NCBI GenBank assembly: GCA_038064815.1
Contig: JBBTSF010000064.1
Location: 2,308 to 66,307, forward strand
Length of the DNA stretch: 64,000 nt
Reading direction: 5' to 3'
DNA from: Patescibacteria group bacterium
GTDB lineage: Bacteria > Patescibacteriota > Patescibacteriia > UBA9934 > GWF2-40-263
A program made the translations under genes and the position numbers. This document shows positions 7,859-16,936 of this stretch, one piece after another. The first letter of the stretch is position 1. Each line of letters begins with the position of its first letter. Below the pieces are notes generated by a model that was given only the letters and a program-made list of their open reading frames with translations, did no database searches and was not told the DNA's origin.

Positions 7859-7982
7859 CAGGCAGTGATCTGCAGGCACGACAAGCATGGGATTTCATTT
7901 CATGGAAGTTTCAGGTTCTCGGACTTGACCTTCCCATGAATGAAATTTCTTGCCTGCAGATCATTGCCTGTATTTTATTTTC
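7859..7982 (+). ncRNA. candidate structured sRNA: a long imperfect hairpin with an asymmetric internal loop and a U-rich tail (6S-like architecture, or a MITE-like inverted repeat)
   Basis: The 20 nt arms CAGGCAGTGATCTGCAGGCA (7859-7878) and TGCCTGCAGATCATTGCCTG (7951-7970) pair with a single G-U wobble. An inner stem GCATGGGATTTCATTTCATGG / CCCATGAATGAAATTTC follows. TATTTTATTTT comes next. The transcript has its own upstream promoter. Confidence 0.3.
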
Positions 7983-8047
7983 TGCACATCCGATGACATC
8001 GATCTTACGCTTTCACATTTTTTCTGCAAGAGAATCTGTGGATAGAT

Positions 8048-9913
8048 TTATTCCACAACCGGAGCGACTGGTGGAATGTCTGTCACTGGAGCCGGTGTCT
8101 CAATTTTTTCTACTCCGACCAAACAAATTTTTGGAAGCGGACGATAGTGTGAAGTAAACGGAGTGACTTCTTGCGTTCCGTCTGGACGTGCAATGGTATA
8201 GGTGAAAGAAGCATCCGCACCGACGTGTGCTTCCTGACATTTTTGTTCTCCGGGTTTCAGATCAGGTGTTTCAATATTTTTTGCCTCGCCAGCAGGAATC
8301 CAGCGCAAAACGGTAGGAGGTTCGTATGAACCTTTTCTTCCATCAGATGTTCCCCAGAAGGTAAACTTCAACTCCTGCGTTTCAATCAAATTTTCTGTCT
8401 GTAATAGCAGATAATGCCCGGTATCGTTGGTGAATTTAAAATCGGGGTTTGGGTCATAAATCGTGGCGTCTGTCCCCGGTTTTTTGTTTGATGGATCGTT
8501 GTAGTAAGACACGACAAGTGAGTGATTGTGTCGTTCCGTGACGGGAAGGCCTGAATTCATGACGGCTCGAAATGTTGTGGTTCCGATTTGGCACAAACCG
8601 CCACCAATCTCTGGAGTGATCTTATCGCCTTTGATCACAAGCTCGGGAGTGTATCCATTTGCGATCGTGAAGGGCTTGAGTGCCTCTACGAGCGAGAAGA
8701 CTTCATCTGGAGAAATGAGCCGACCGTTCAAAAGATTCACTCCATTTTGAATATTACCGCGTCGATTTTTTGGACTGCCTTTGTAACTCGATGTGCCGAC
8801 TCCTAAAATTTCTGTGATGCCCAGATCGTTCACATCTGCATTTTCCACTTCTGGTGGTTCTGCAAGAAAGGTGATTTCGATCGGTTCATTGGAAGAACTA
8901 TTGAGGGTGTTTGAAAATGCTGTGAGCAAATTTTCGCGATCAAGACGCTCTCCATGTTTTGCTGGGACAAAGTCGGCGACTTTCCCATTTTCAATTTTGA
9001 GCCGCGCATTTTGTGCAGGTCGTTCAAGTGTTTTTGCAATAGGATCAAGGAACGTTTGAAACGCTTCTGGATCAACCGAAATGTTGCCGTTGTTTCCTGG
9101 CAAAAGGAATGTGCTCAACACGCGTGGTGACACAACCCAGTTTAGAGGCTGTTCGCTTTCCTGTTGGGTCGTAAATGAAAATGGGGCGCGGTTTAAAATG
9201 GCAAGCGCGGCTTCTTTTTGTGTGTCTGCGATCGTTTGGGTAATTTCAGACGCATGCTTTTCCAGGGAGAGTGTCATTGTTGGTGCTTGAAGTTGAGAGA
9301 GAGAACCGGAAAGCGTTTCAAAAAAAGCAAACCACGCAAATTCATTTCCTGGAATGTCCTTTGTTGTTTCGATCTTCCATTCGCTCCCACTGACGGAAAA
9401 AATAAAACGTGAATCCTGACCGAGTGTTTCTGCGTCAGGGAAGAGGATATAGACACTCTGTTGAATGTGTGCGCTGGCGAGACTCACTGGCAGGGCGATG
9501 TATTCTTTCTGCCACAGGTTTGAAACGAGCAGCCAAGTTTGCGTGAATGGATTTGGATGGTGACGCACACGCATTGCGTCTGCGATCGCTGCTTCTACAT
9601 CAAATGAAACATCTTCGATCAGGTCTGTTTCACTCAGAGTAGAAAGGGCAACCGGTTTTGTGACACCCTCGACCGTAACAGAGATCCCTTGCTCCATGAT
9701 CGTATCAATCTTTGTCTGCAGAAGTTCCTCTGCTTTTTCAGGAGAAAGACTTCCCACAGAGACCGAACCGACAAAGACATTTGGAGCAATTTTTTTTTCG
9801 TAAGGCTGTGCCCATGCGTACAAAAGTAGAGCGGCCAAAACAAAAAAGACGACCAAGCCAGATGCGACAAAGAGGATCGTCTTTGGGTGATGTGTTTGAA
9901 CTTCGGTTTCCAT
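8048..9913 (-). CDS. VanW-family protein with an N-terminal transmembrane anchor
   Basis: The VanW domain core is GVGTSSYKGSPKNRRGNIQNGVNLLNGRLISPDEVFSLVEAL. A TM helix sits near the N-terminus. The gene lies 5 nt downstream of the hsp20 gene on the same strand. Confidence 0.75.
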   Translation of the reverse strand: METEVQTHHPKTILFVASGLVVFFVLAALLLYAWAQPYEKKIAPNVFVGSVSVGSLSPEKAEELLQTKIDTIMEQGISVTVEGVTKPVALSTLSETDLIEDVSFDVEAAIADAMRVRHHPNPFTQTWLLVSNLWQKEYIALPVSLASAHIQQSVYILFPDAETLGQDSRFIFSVSGSEWKIETTKDIPGNEFAWFAFFETLSGSLSQLQAPTMTLSLEKHASEITQTIADTQKEAALAILNRAPFSFTTQQESEQPLNWVVSPRVLSTFLLPGNNGNISVDPEAFQTFLDPIAKTLERPAQNARLKIENGKVADFVPAKHGERLDRENLLTAFSNTLNSSSNEPIEITFLAEPPEVENADVNDLGITEILGVGTSSYKGSPKNRRGNIQNGVNLLNGRLISPDEVFSLVEALKPFTIANGYTPELVIKGDKITPEIGGGLCQIGTTTFRAVMNSGLPVTERHNHSLVVSYYNDPSNKKPGTDATIYDPNPDFKFTNDTGHYLLLQTENLIETQELKFTFWGTSDGRKGSYEPPTVLRWIPAGEAKNIETPDLKPGEQKCQEAHVGADASFTYTIARPDGTQEVTPFTSHYRPLPKICLVGVEKIETPAPVTDIPPVAPVVE

Positions 9914-9918
9914 ACAGG

Positions 9919-10317
9919 CTAGAGATCTTCAAGGTCCAGAACATGAACCTGCTTCTGCATCTCAACTTTTTTCATGCGGATTGTCAATATTCCGCGTTGC
10001 AGACTTGCGTCGATGTGACGCGAATCCACATGCGCCGGCAAAATAATCGAGCGAGAGAACGCTCCCCAGTGGCATTCTTGAATATGAATCTCTTCGCCAC
10101 GTTGTGTTTGTGCATGATGTTCACGTGATCCTCGAATCGTGAGCGTGTCATCGCTGAGCGTGATATCAAGATCTTTGGCTTGAATGCCTGCGATCGCGGA
10201 ACGCACAATAATTTCACGCGCGGTTTCAATCACATCAATCGAAAGTTGGCCTTCGGAAACAGAAAGCCAGGACGAATCCAAAAAAGCGTGAGCGGATTGT
10301 TTTGGCTCTTGGGCCAT
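9919..10317 (-). CDS. Hsp20 / alpha-crystallin family small heat-shock protein
   Basis: ACD core ...DVIETAREIIVRSAIAGIQAKDLDITLSDDTLTIRGSRE...GAFSRSIILPAHVD...GILTIRM. The ATG is at 10317; the track ORF begins at a GTG. Confidence 0.85.
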   Translation of the reverse strand: MAQEPKQSAHAFLDSSWLSVSEGQLSIDVIETAREIIVRSAIAGIQAKDLDITLSDDTLTIRGSREHHAQTQRGEEIHIQECHWGAFSRSIILPAHVDSRHIDASLQRGILTIRMKKVEMQKQVHVLDLEDL

Positions 10318-10361
10318 ATTGCACACATCTTACCTCTCCTATAGAGTAAACTCAATCGAAT

Positions 10362-10973
10362 ATGTACACAGGAATCATCCACGGAAAATTTCCGGTCGTG
10401 CAAATTGAAGACAAATCCGGTCTTCGTCGTTTTGTGGTTGATCTCACTCCTGAGCTTGTCGCAGATCTCAAAATCGGAGCAAGTGTTTCCGTGGACGGAG
10501 TCTGTTTTACGGTAAGCAACATCGATCACACATGTATTGCGTTTGATGCGATGGAAGAAACGTTACGCAAAACCACGATCGGACAGTTGGCGGAAGGAAA
10601 TCTTGTGAACATTGAACGTTCCGCAAAGATGGGAGAGGAAATTGGCGGACATGTGATGTCAGGTCACGTTTCCACGCTCGCGGAGATTGTCGATGTGCAG
10701 ACGCCGGAAAATAATAAGGCCGTGACGTTCAAAGTTGACCCTGCCTGGATGAAGTTTATTTTTTCAAAAGGGTTCATTGGACTGGATGGAGCGAGTCTTA
10801 CCGTGGTTGATGCTGATAAAGCCGCCGGAACATTCAAGATTTGGTTCATTCCAGAAACACTGCGTCTGACTCGGTTTGGAGACAAAGGTGTCGGAGACAA
10901 GGTGAATGTCGAGATTGATGCCATGACTCAGACCATCGTTGAAACCGTTGAACGCGTGCTCGCTAATTCCTAA
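10362..10973 (+). CDS. ribE: riboflavin synthase alpha subunit
   Basis: MYTGIIHG...SVSVDGVCFTV... and a second lumazine-binding repeat GASLTVVD. Confidence 0.85.
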   Translation: MYTGIIHGKFPVVQIEDKSGLRRFVVDLTPELVADLKIGASVSVDGVCFTVSNIDHTCIAFDAMEETLRKTTIGQLAEGNLVNIERSAKMGEEIGGHVMSGHVSTLAEIVDVQTPENNKAVTFKVDPAWMKFIFSKGFIGLDGASLTVVDADKAAGTFKIWFIPETLRLTRFGDKGVGDKVNVEIDAMTQTIVETVERVLANS

Positions 10974-10983
10974 ATCCTTCCTT

Positions 10984-11382
10984 ATGAAACGCATTGCTAT
11001 CGTCCTCGGCGCTTTCCATCATGATCATGTGACTCGCATGCTCGAGGTGGCTCGTATCACCGCGAAAGAAAATAACCTTGAGATCGTGGAAGAAGTTTGG
11101 GTGCCTGGGTCGATTGAGAAACCACTCGCGCTGAAACGATTGTTGATGCGAGAGGATATCGATGGCGCGGTTGTCCTTGGAATCATCGAGCGGGGAGAAA
11201 CAAAACATGGGTATGTGATGGGACAGGTTGTGTATGACGCCATCATTCAACTCCAACTTGAGTTCATGAAACCGATCGGGCTGGGAATTCTTGGGCCAGA
11301 AATCCTTCCAGAACAAATTCCTCCACGGCTGGATGGATACGCACGCGCAGCCGTCGTCGCAACCGCAAAAATGCTTTCGTAA
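10984..11382 (+). CDS. ribH: 6,7-dimethyl-8-ribityllumazine synthase
   Basis: IAIVLGAFHHDHVTRMLE...VWVPGSIEKPLALKRL...GIIERGETKHGYVMGQV...GLGILGPE matches the lumazine synthase pattern. The start is the ATG at 10984. Confidence 0.8.
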   Translation: MKRIAIVLGAFHHDHVTRMLEVARITAKENNLEIVEEVWVPGSIEKPLALKRLLMREDIDGAVVLGIIERGETKHGYVMGQVVYDAIIQLQLEFMKPIGLGILGPEILPEQIPPRLDGYARAAVVATAKMLS

Positions 11383-11483
11383 ATACAAATTTTGCAACGC
11401 CTCTTGTCTTGACAGGAGGCTCTTTTTTTTCTACACTCTTGCGATTCCGAGCTGAGTCTTGCTCGGAAAAGGAGGGGGATGTA

Positions 11484-11909
11484 ATGAATCAAGTTGCGCG
11501 TGCCAGTGAGGGTCTACCCTGGTGGGTTGGAGTCGTCGCTGCCGTTATTTTGGTGGCTGTCGTGCTTGTCCTGCTGTGGCAACGCTGGATCAAGTCTACT
11601 CATGCTCGTTCTGACGCAGAGTTGCCGCGCCGGCAGGAGACGGGGATCGTACGATCCGTCGAGAAGCAGGACCCGATCAGCCCCGACACGCAGCTCTTCC
11701 TCATTCAGGTTCAGAAGGACAAAGACGGAGAGATCGTTCCATTTCGATGGGCCTTCCTCAATGAACAAGCGAAACCGAATGGATTTCCCAATCTGGATGA
11801 CCGCGTCGTGATCATCTACGTCTATCGGTTTCATGACACGCACGAGCAGTGGGTTCCCGACGCGTTCCACCTGATCGGCGAAGGGGAGCAAGAACATGCG
11901 GGTGAGTGA
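11484..11909 (+). CDS. hypothetical membrane-anchored protein, GC-rich
   Basis: ATG at 11484 with AAGGAGGGGG upstream. A single N-terminal TM helix. The 3' end overlaps the MOSC gene. Confidence 0.5.
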   Translation: MNQVARASEGLPWWVGVVAAVILVAVVLVLLWQRWIKSTHARSDAELPRRQETGIVRSVEKQDPISPDTQLFLIQVQKDKDGEIVPFRWAFLNEQAKPNGFPNLDDRVVIIYVYRFHDTHEQWVPDAFHLIGEGEQEHAGE

Positions 11910-12714
11910 ACTCTGGGTCTACCCCGTGAAGTCCTGCCGCGGCGTGCGCGTCGTGGAAGCAAAGGTGGGACCCACCGGCTTCCAGTACGATCGCGAGTGG
12001 ATGATCGTCGATGAGAAGGGGCTCTTCGTGAGTCAGCGGAAGGATCCGATCCTCGCAACGATTCGTCCGTACGTCAACGGGGATTGTCTGTTCTTATGTG
12101 TCGGTGAGAGTCGAGATCCGATTCTGGAAGTCCCGGTCAATGGGACGCATCAGGATCGCGGACAGAGGGTCACGATCCACACTGACGCGGAGGTCATGGG
12201 AAAAGATCAGGGTGACGAAGCAGCACGTGTTTTGAGCGGTGTCGTCGGTCGACGCGTCCGGCTCGTGAAGAAGGACTGGGCGTTCCCGCGATTCTCTCGT
12301 GGCGGAGAACGCGTCGAGACGGCCTTCTCGGACGGCTATCCGTTCCTTGTCACGACCACAGCGTCGCTCCACGAGCTCAATGAACGGCTCGATTCGCCCG
12401 TGCGGATGAATCGATTTCGACCGAACATCGTTGTCAATGGAACACGAGATCCGTTCGAAGAAGACCAGTGGGGTCACTTCACGGTCGGAAGTGTTACGTT
12501 CGCGGGAAAGACACGCTGCACGCGCTGCCCGATCGTGACTACCGACCAATTCACTGGTGCACGCTCAAGCGAGCCAACCAGAACGCTCCTTACGTATCGA
12601 GTTTTCCCGGGCAGCAAGCATCCCTGCTTCGGGCTCTACGCCGACCACTTCGAAGGCGACACCATTCGCGTCGGGGACGAGATCGTCGTCCACTCCACTC
12701 GTGCATCTTCCTGA
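11896..12714 (+). CDS. MOSC domain-containing protein (MOSC N-terminal beta-barrel plus MOSC domain)
   Basis: MRVSELWVYPVKSCRGVRV...FQYDREWMIVD...FRPNIVV......GKTRCTRCPI are conserved MOSC motifs. About 62% GC. AAGGGGAG lies upstream. Confidence 0.8.
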   Translation: MRVSELWVYPVKSCRGVRVVEAKVGPTGFQYDREWMIVDEKGLFVSQRKDPILATIRPYVNGDCLFLCVGESRDPILEVPVNGTHQDRGQRVTIHTDAEVMGKDQGDEAARVLSGVVGRRVRLVKKDWAFPRFSRGGERVETAFSDGYPFLVTTTASLHELNERLDSPVRMNRFRPNIVVNGTRDPFEEDQWGHFTVGSVTFAGKTRCTRCPIVTTDQFTGARSSEPTRTLLTYRVFPGSKHPCFGLYADHFEGDTIRVGDEIVVHSTRASS

Positions 12715-12735
12715 TCGCATCACTGCGGTCTTTTT

Positions 12736-13788
12736 TTATTCCTTACGTGTGTTTGTCAAAATTCCCGCTTTATAAAGTTCGATGAGTGCAAGTGCAGCAG
12801 CAAGAATCGCTGGACCTGCGATCGCACCAATGGCTCCGAATGCAGAGAGTCCTCCCAAAATAGAAATGAGGATCAAAAATGCATGCATGTTTGTTTTGCC
12901 TTTGATGATGTAGGGTCCAATGAAATTATCAGCCAGTCCAACCACAACCGCAGACCAAATAAGCAGTCCAATGGCCGCGCCCACAGAACCTGTGAAGAAA
13001 AGATAGAGAATCGCGGGAACGAGAATGAGACTTGTCCCAACGAGCGGAATCAAAGAGGCCACAGCTGTGAGCGATCCCCAAATGAGCGCACCTGGGACGC
13101 CAAAGATGGTCATCCCGATCGACGCTAAAATGCCTTGAATGATTGCTAAGACAAGAACACCAAACACAACAGAACGGATTGTCTCGATGACGCGTCGTAG
13201 AATCGCTTTGTCCATCGCGTCACGCAAAGGACTCAGTTCAAGCATCGCATTGTACAATCGTTCTCGATCGACGAGTAAATGATAGACCGCTAAGAAAAAG
13301 ATAAGCAGATGAAGAATCAGTCCCGTGATGCTCGAAAAAATATCTCCCACATTTCGAAACGCCCACTGTGCGACCGTCATCCCAATCTCGCGGAAGTCGT
13401 AGGACAAAATATATCCACGAATGCTTGCAGGAAAGAACGCGAGAATAGGTGCGAGTGCGTTTGTGAGATTCTGTACCCAGTTCGTATCCCCAAATGAGGT
13501 TTGTAAAAGTTCCGATGCTTGGCTGGCGATGAGCAGGAGAACGAGGAGAAGCGGAATAAAGATGAGTAGCAACACACCCACAGACAAAATCGCTGCGGAT
13601 AATTTTGGACGTTTTAAAAATTGACGGAGGCGATGATCAATCGGAGAAAGAATAATTGCTGCAACCCCAGCCATGAGAAGCACAAGCGCAAACGGTTGAA
13701 GAATTTTCCAAAAAAGATAGACGACGAGACCAACAATTAAGAGAAAGAACCATTTTTCAATCGTCATGTGCGGTTGGGAATTTTGCAT
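12736..13788 (-). CDS. AI-2E family transporter (UPF0118 / PerM-like)
   Basis: Polytopic membrane protein with the characteristic ...RSVVFGVLVLAIIQGILASIGMTIFGVPGALIWGSLTAVASLIPLVG... segment. Confidence 0.8.
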   Translation of the reverse strand: MQNSQPHMTIEKWFFLLIVGLVVYLFWKILQPFALVLLMAGVAAIILSPIDHRLRQFLKRPKLSAAILSVGVLLLIFIPLLLVLLLIASQASELLQTSFGDTNWVQNLTNALAPILAFFPASIRGYILSYDFREIGMTVAQWAFRNVGDIFSSITGLILHLLIFFLAVYHLLVDRERLYNAMLELSPLRDAMDKAILRRVIETIRSVVFGVLVLAIIQGILASIGMTIFGVPGALIWGSLTAVASLIPLVGTSLILVPAILYLFFTGSVGAAIGLLIWSAVVVGLADNFIGPYIIKGKTNMHAFLILISILGGLSAFGAIGAIAGPAILAAALALIELYKAGILTNTRKE

Positions 13789-13907
13789 ACCCTTCCATCA
13801 TACAGTGTTTTATTTGAGGGAGTAACCCCTTATTTTTTTGGTTGCGATCTTGACGCAAGTGCTTTTTTGTTTTATGATCTTGGGCCGTTCATTGGAGTGT
13901 ACAGACC

Positions 13908-14585
13908 ATGGGAAGAATTTTTTGCCTCGGCGGAGGCGGATACGCGATTGATTTCGACGAGCAGCTCGATCGTTGGTGGCTCTCGCTTGCCGGCGCTCAG
14001 AGGCCGCGCATTGCGTTCATCCCAACCGCCACGGGCGACTCCCTTCACGTAATTGACGTCTTCACACGGAGCTTCAGAAACGAGGCTGCATCGATCGCAA
14101 CACTTCGTCTCTTCGAACGTGACGTGGTCGACCTCGACAGATTTCTCCGCGGCGTCGACCTGGTCTACGTGCATGGCGGTAACACAGCGAGCATGCTCGC
14201 GGTCTGGCGCGCACACGGCTTGGACGCGGCGCTCAAGCGCGCTTCTGCACGTGGACTCGTGATGGGTGGAAGCAGCGCCGGCGCCATCTGCTGGGGCCTG
14301 GGAGGAACGACCGATTCCTTCGGCGACATCCGCATTCTGCACGACGGTCTAGGACTGCTCAACGTCTCCATCTCGCCTCACCATGAGACGGAAGGACGAC
14401 GACCTCTGTTTGAACAGGCAATCAAGGAGGGAAGTCTCTGCCCGGGTTACGGAATCGACAACGGGGTCGGCCTGCTCTTTGAAGACGGAACGCTCAAGGA
14501 GTCTGTGAGTGCTCGTTCCTGGGCACGGGCACGTCTGACGGGCACCGACTTGCTCGAAGAGTGTCCCATCGAATTGCTCAGCTGA
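13908..14585 (+). CDS. peptidase S51 family protein (dipeptidase E / cyanophycinase-like), GC-rich
   Basis: RIAFIPTATGD...LVYVHGGNTASMLAVWRAHGLD...GLVMGGSSAGAICWG.. contains the S51 catalytic Ser context and the glutamine amidotransferase-like fold. About 63% GC. Confidence 0.7.
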   Translation: MGRIFCLGGGGYAIDFDEQLDRWWLSLAGAQRPRIAFIPTATGDSLHVIDVFTRSFRNEAASIATLRLFERDVVDLDRFLRGVDLVYVHGGNTASMLAVWRAHGLDAALKRASARGLVMGGSSAGAICWGLGGTTDSFGDIRILHDGLGLLNVSISPHHETEGRRPLFEQAIKEGSLCPGYGIDNGVGLLFEDGTLKESVSARSWARARLTGTDLLEECPIELLS

Positions 14586-14624
14586 CACCTCGACTCGCGC
14601 TTCACCTACAGTGAGGCGCTTTTT

Positions 14625-14660
14625 TTATAACAAAAAACCGACGTGTGTTACGTCAGTTTT
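14625..14660. terminator. bidirectional terminator hairpin
   Basis: AAAAAACC-GACGT-gtgtt-ACGTC-AGTTTTTT, between the S51 peptidase gene and tRNA-Glu. Confidence 0.5.
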
Positions 14661-14663
14661 TTG

Positions 14664-14738
14664 TGGTGACCCCAGGGGGAGTCGAACCCCCCTTACCAGG
14701 ATGAAAACCTGATGTCCTAACCGATAGACGATGGGGCC
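14664..14738 (-). tRNA. tRNA-Glu (anticodon UUC) with encoded CCA
   Basis: Minus-strand sequence GGCCCCATCGTCTATCGGTTAGGACATCAGGTTTTCATCCTGGTAAGGGGGGTTCGACTCCCCCTGGGGTCACCA. Acceptor pairs GGCCCCA/TGGGGTC. The T-loop is TTCGACT. The anticodon loop TTTTCAT gives TTC. Confidence 0.85.
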
Positions 14739-14813
14739 TTGTCGAACCCAATGCGGCGTTATCATAAGCAAGAAAAATGTTTTCGTCAAGATGAAATGTG
14801 CCCTGTTTATTCG

Positions 14814-14842
14814 TTGACAAAGAGGTCGGCTCGCGATAGTGT
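14814..14842 (+). promoter_or_regulatory. promoter-like TTGACA-N17-TAGTGT upstream of the nucleotidyltransferase gene
   Basis: Same architecture as the element at 7812-7840. Confidence 0.3.
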
Positions 14843-14915
14843 CGCTCTACCAGGTGTTCGATAAACATGAGTTCTCGGGCGGAGGAAACCACAAACCTGG
14901 TGGAGGATAGTAACC

Positions 14916-15836
14916 ATGGGCTTTCTCTTTTCGTGGGACCAGATCCAGCGTGAGCGGATCCCTGGCCCGGAAGACTTCGACTGTGTGCGGTCGCAAGTGA
15001 CGGAAGCCCTCTACCCCCATCCAGGCGTAGTCGCGGCTTCCGTGTATGGCTCTGTCGTGCGCGGCGATCATAATTGGCGAAGCGATCTCGACCTCATTGT
15101 TATCTGCCGAAACGCAGAAGAGCTGTGTGTGCGTGGATCGGTTGTCGAACTCATGAGCGATGCGTTCAATCGCAGAGTCGTCATCGTCCCTCACGTCTAT
15201 ACGGTTTCGGAGGCGCGGTCCGGTCAGCATCCGTTGGGCCCCTCCTACCGTTTTACGCTCGCACGGCTTGCGAATAACGGTGTCGCCAGTGGTCGGGTAC
15301 ATCAGTACCTGGTTTGCAGGGACAACGATATTCGCGTAGAGATGTGCAAGCGGATTCTGTCTGCTCGTCGATGTGTGGCAATCGCCCACGCGCAGTTCTG
15401 GGAGATGGTTCCCAATGGCGCGCATGACGACATGGAGCGATGGCTCGCTCAACGCGAGGTGCAGGGAGGATATCGCTTCCGCATCTTTCACTTGTACGTC
15501 AACATCGCCCGCTGGCTGCTGTGGTGGCATCACTGCAGCCTCATTAATGATGGCAAACGTGCAGTTTGCGAAGCGGTGATCAACAATGGTCTCTTTCGCC
15601 TCGTTCAGAGAGATTTCCAAATCCTCGTCGAGGCGGATAGGGCTTACGATGAGCTTCTCGATGACGCCCTCTCAGGCGCGGTGACGCGTGCCGAGTATCT
15701 TCAGAAGGTGCTTGAGCTGACAGCGATGGTTTTCACCGTTTCCATCGGGCTACTCCGCCGCGCGTCGCGCCTCATCACCGCACAATCGGTCCAATCCTCC
15801 AGGTTGACTACGTCCGCACGGCGAGCTGTCGCCTGA
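14916..15836 (+). CDS. nucleotidyltransferase-domain protein, ANT(3'')/ANT(9)-like: a pol-beta NTase fold plus a helical C-terminal domain, GC-rich
   Basis: VYGSVVRGDHNWRSDLDLIV matches the G-S...S-D-x-D nucleotidyltransferase motif of aminoglycoside adenylyltransferases. A roughly 180 aa alpha-helical C-terminal region follows. GGAGGA lies upstream. About 60% GC. Confidence 0.65.
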   Translation: MGFLFSWDQIQRERIPGPEDFDCVRSQVTEALYPHPGVVAASVYGSVVRGDHNWRSDLDLIVICRNAEELCVRGSVVELMSDAFNRRVVIVPHVYTVSEARSGQHPLGPSYRFTLARLANNGVASGRVHQYLVCRDNDIRVEMCKRILSARRCVAIAHAQFWEMVPNGAHDDMERWLAQREVQGGYRFRIFHLYVNIARWLLWWHHCSLINDGKRAVCEAVINNGLFRLVQRDFQILVEADRAYDELLDDALSGAVTRAEYLQKVLELTAMVFTVSIGLLRRASRLITAQSVQSSRLTTSARRAVA

Positions 15837-15892
15837 CTCCCATCCCTGCAGGGCTTCCCAAGCCCTGTTTTTTCTTTTACACTCAGCACATT

Positions 15893-16936
15893 ATGCGTGT
15901 CCTTGGAATTGAATCGAGCTGTGATGAAACAGCAATCGCTCTTATAAACAAAGAGGGCGATCAGATTGTGGTTGAAAAAAAGTTCCTCGCGTCGCAAGTC
16001 AAAACACATGCGGTTTATGGTGGTGTCGTACCGGAAGTCGCTGCTCGTGAACATGCAGATTTGGTCTTCACACTTCTACAACAATCCGGAATCAGTCGTG
16101 ATGGGAGTGATGTCGATGTGATCGCCGTCACCGCAGGACCAGGACTTATTCCTGCGTTGCGTGTCGGAGTTGAGTTAGGAAAGTCACTCGCTTGGGCATG
16201 GAAGCCCGGCGGAGCCGGGTCCGGCTTCGCCGGAAAACCACTTGTGGCGGTGAACCATTTGGAAGGGCACATCTACAGCGTGTGGCTTACGAAGGAAATG
16301 AATGTTCCACAGTTTCCGGCACTCTGTTTACTCGTCTCTGGTGGTCACACAGAACTGATTCTGATGAAAACTCACGGCGTCTATGAACTCATCGGAATGA
16401 CGCGCGACGATGCGGCAGGGGAGGCATTCGATAAAGTCGCGAAACTTTTGAAACTTGGGTATCCAGGTGGTCCAGAAATTTCTCGTGCTGCGTCCAAGGG
16501 AAATCCAACCGCCATTAATTTTCCTCGCCCGATGCTTGATTCCAAAGATTTCGATTTCAGCTTTTCCGGTTTAAAAACAGCGGTGAGGATTTGTGTGGAA
16601 TCGCAGCAAGGTCATTCCGTCGAAGACATTGCCGCGTCTTTTCAAGCCGCCGTCGTGGAAACACTTGTGACCAAAACGCTTCGCGCGGTTTCTGAGTATC
16701 ACCCCGCGTCCGTGATTTTGGCGGGTGGTGTAGCAGCAAACAGTTCTTTGCGAGCGTCGTTGCAACAAGTACTTTCTCATCAAAATGAAACCGTCACATT
16801 CCACGCTCCCGATCTTTCACTTACGGGCGACAATGCGGTGATGATTGCGGTGGCTGGAGCATTTCGCGCAGAAAAGGAAGAGTTTGTTGATCCACTTACG
16901 TTGATTGCAGATGCGAATTTGTCGTTGGTCAAATAA
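15893..16936 (+). CDS. tsaD: tRNA N6-adenosine threonylcarbamoyltransferase
   Basis: MRVLGIESSCDETAIAL...VNHLEGHIYS...GGV..N is canonical Kae1/TsaD. Confidence 0.9.
   Translation: MRVLGIESSCDETAIALINKEGDQIVVEKKFLASQVKTHAVYGGVVPEVAAREHADLVFTLLQQSGISRDGSDVDVIAVTAGPGLIPALRVGVELGKSLAWAWKPGGAGSGFAGKPLVAVNHLEGHIYSVWLTKEMNVPQFPALCLLVSGGHTELILMKTHGVYELIGMTRDDAAGEAFDKVAKLLKLGYPGGPEISRAASKGNPTAINFPRPMLDSKDFDFSFSGLKTAVRICVESQQGHSVEDIAASFQAAVVETLVTKTLRAVSEYHPASVILAGGVAANSSLRASLQQVLSHQNETVTFHAPDLSLTGDNAVMIAVAGAFRAEKEEFVDPLTLIADANLSLVK

Noticed and set aside
7936-8157. 73 aa plus-strand ORF between clpP and the VanW gene
   Set aside because: It starts inside the 3' arm of the long hairpin and runs into the VanW coding region antisense. 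It has no RBS.
14916-15836. CBASS CD-NTase interpretation of the nucleotidyltransferase
   Set aside because: There is no effector, Cap2 or Cap3 gene adjacent. The next gene is tsaD. The motif spacing and the helical C-terminal domain fit ANT(3'')/ANT(9)-type adenylyltransferases better.
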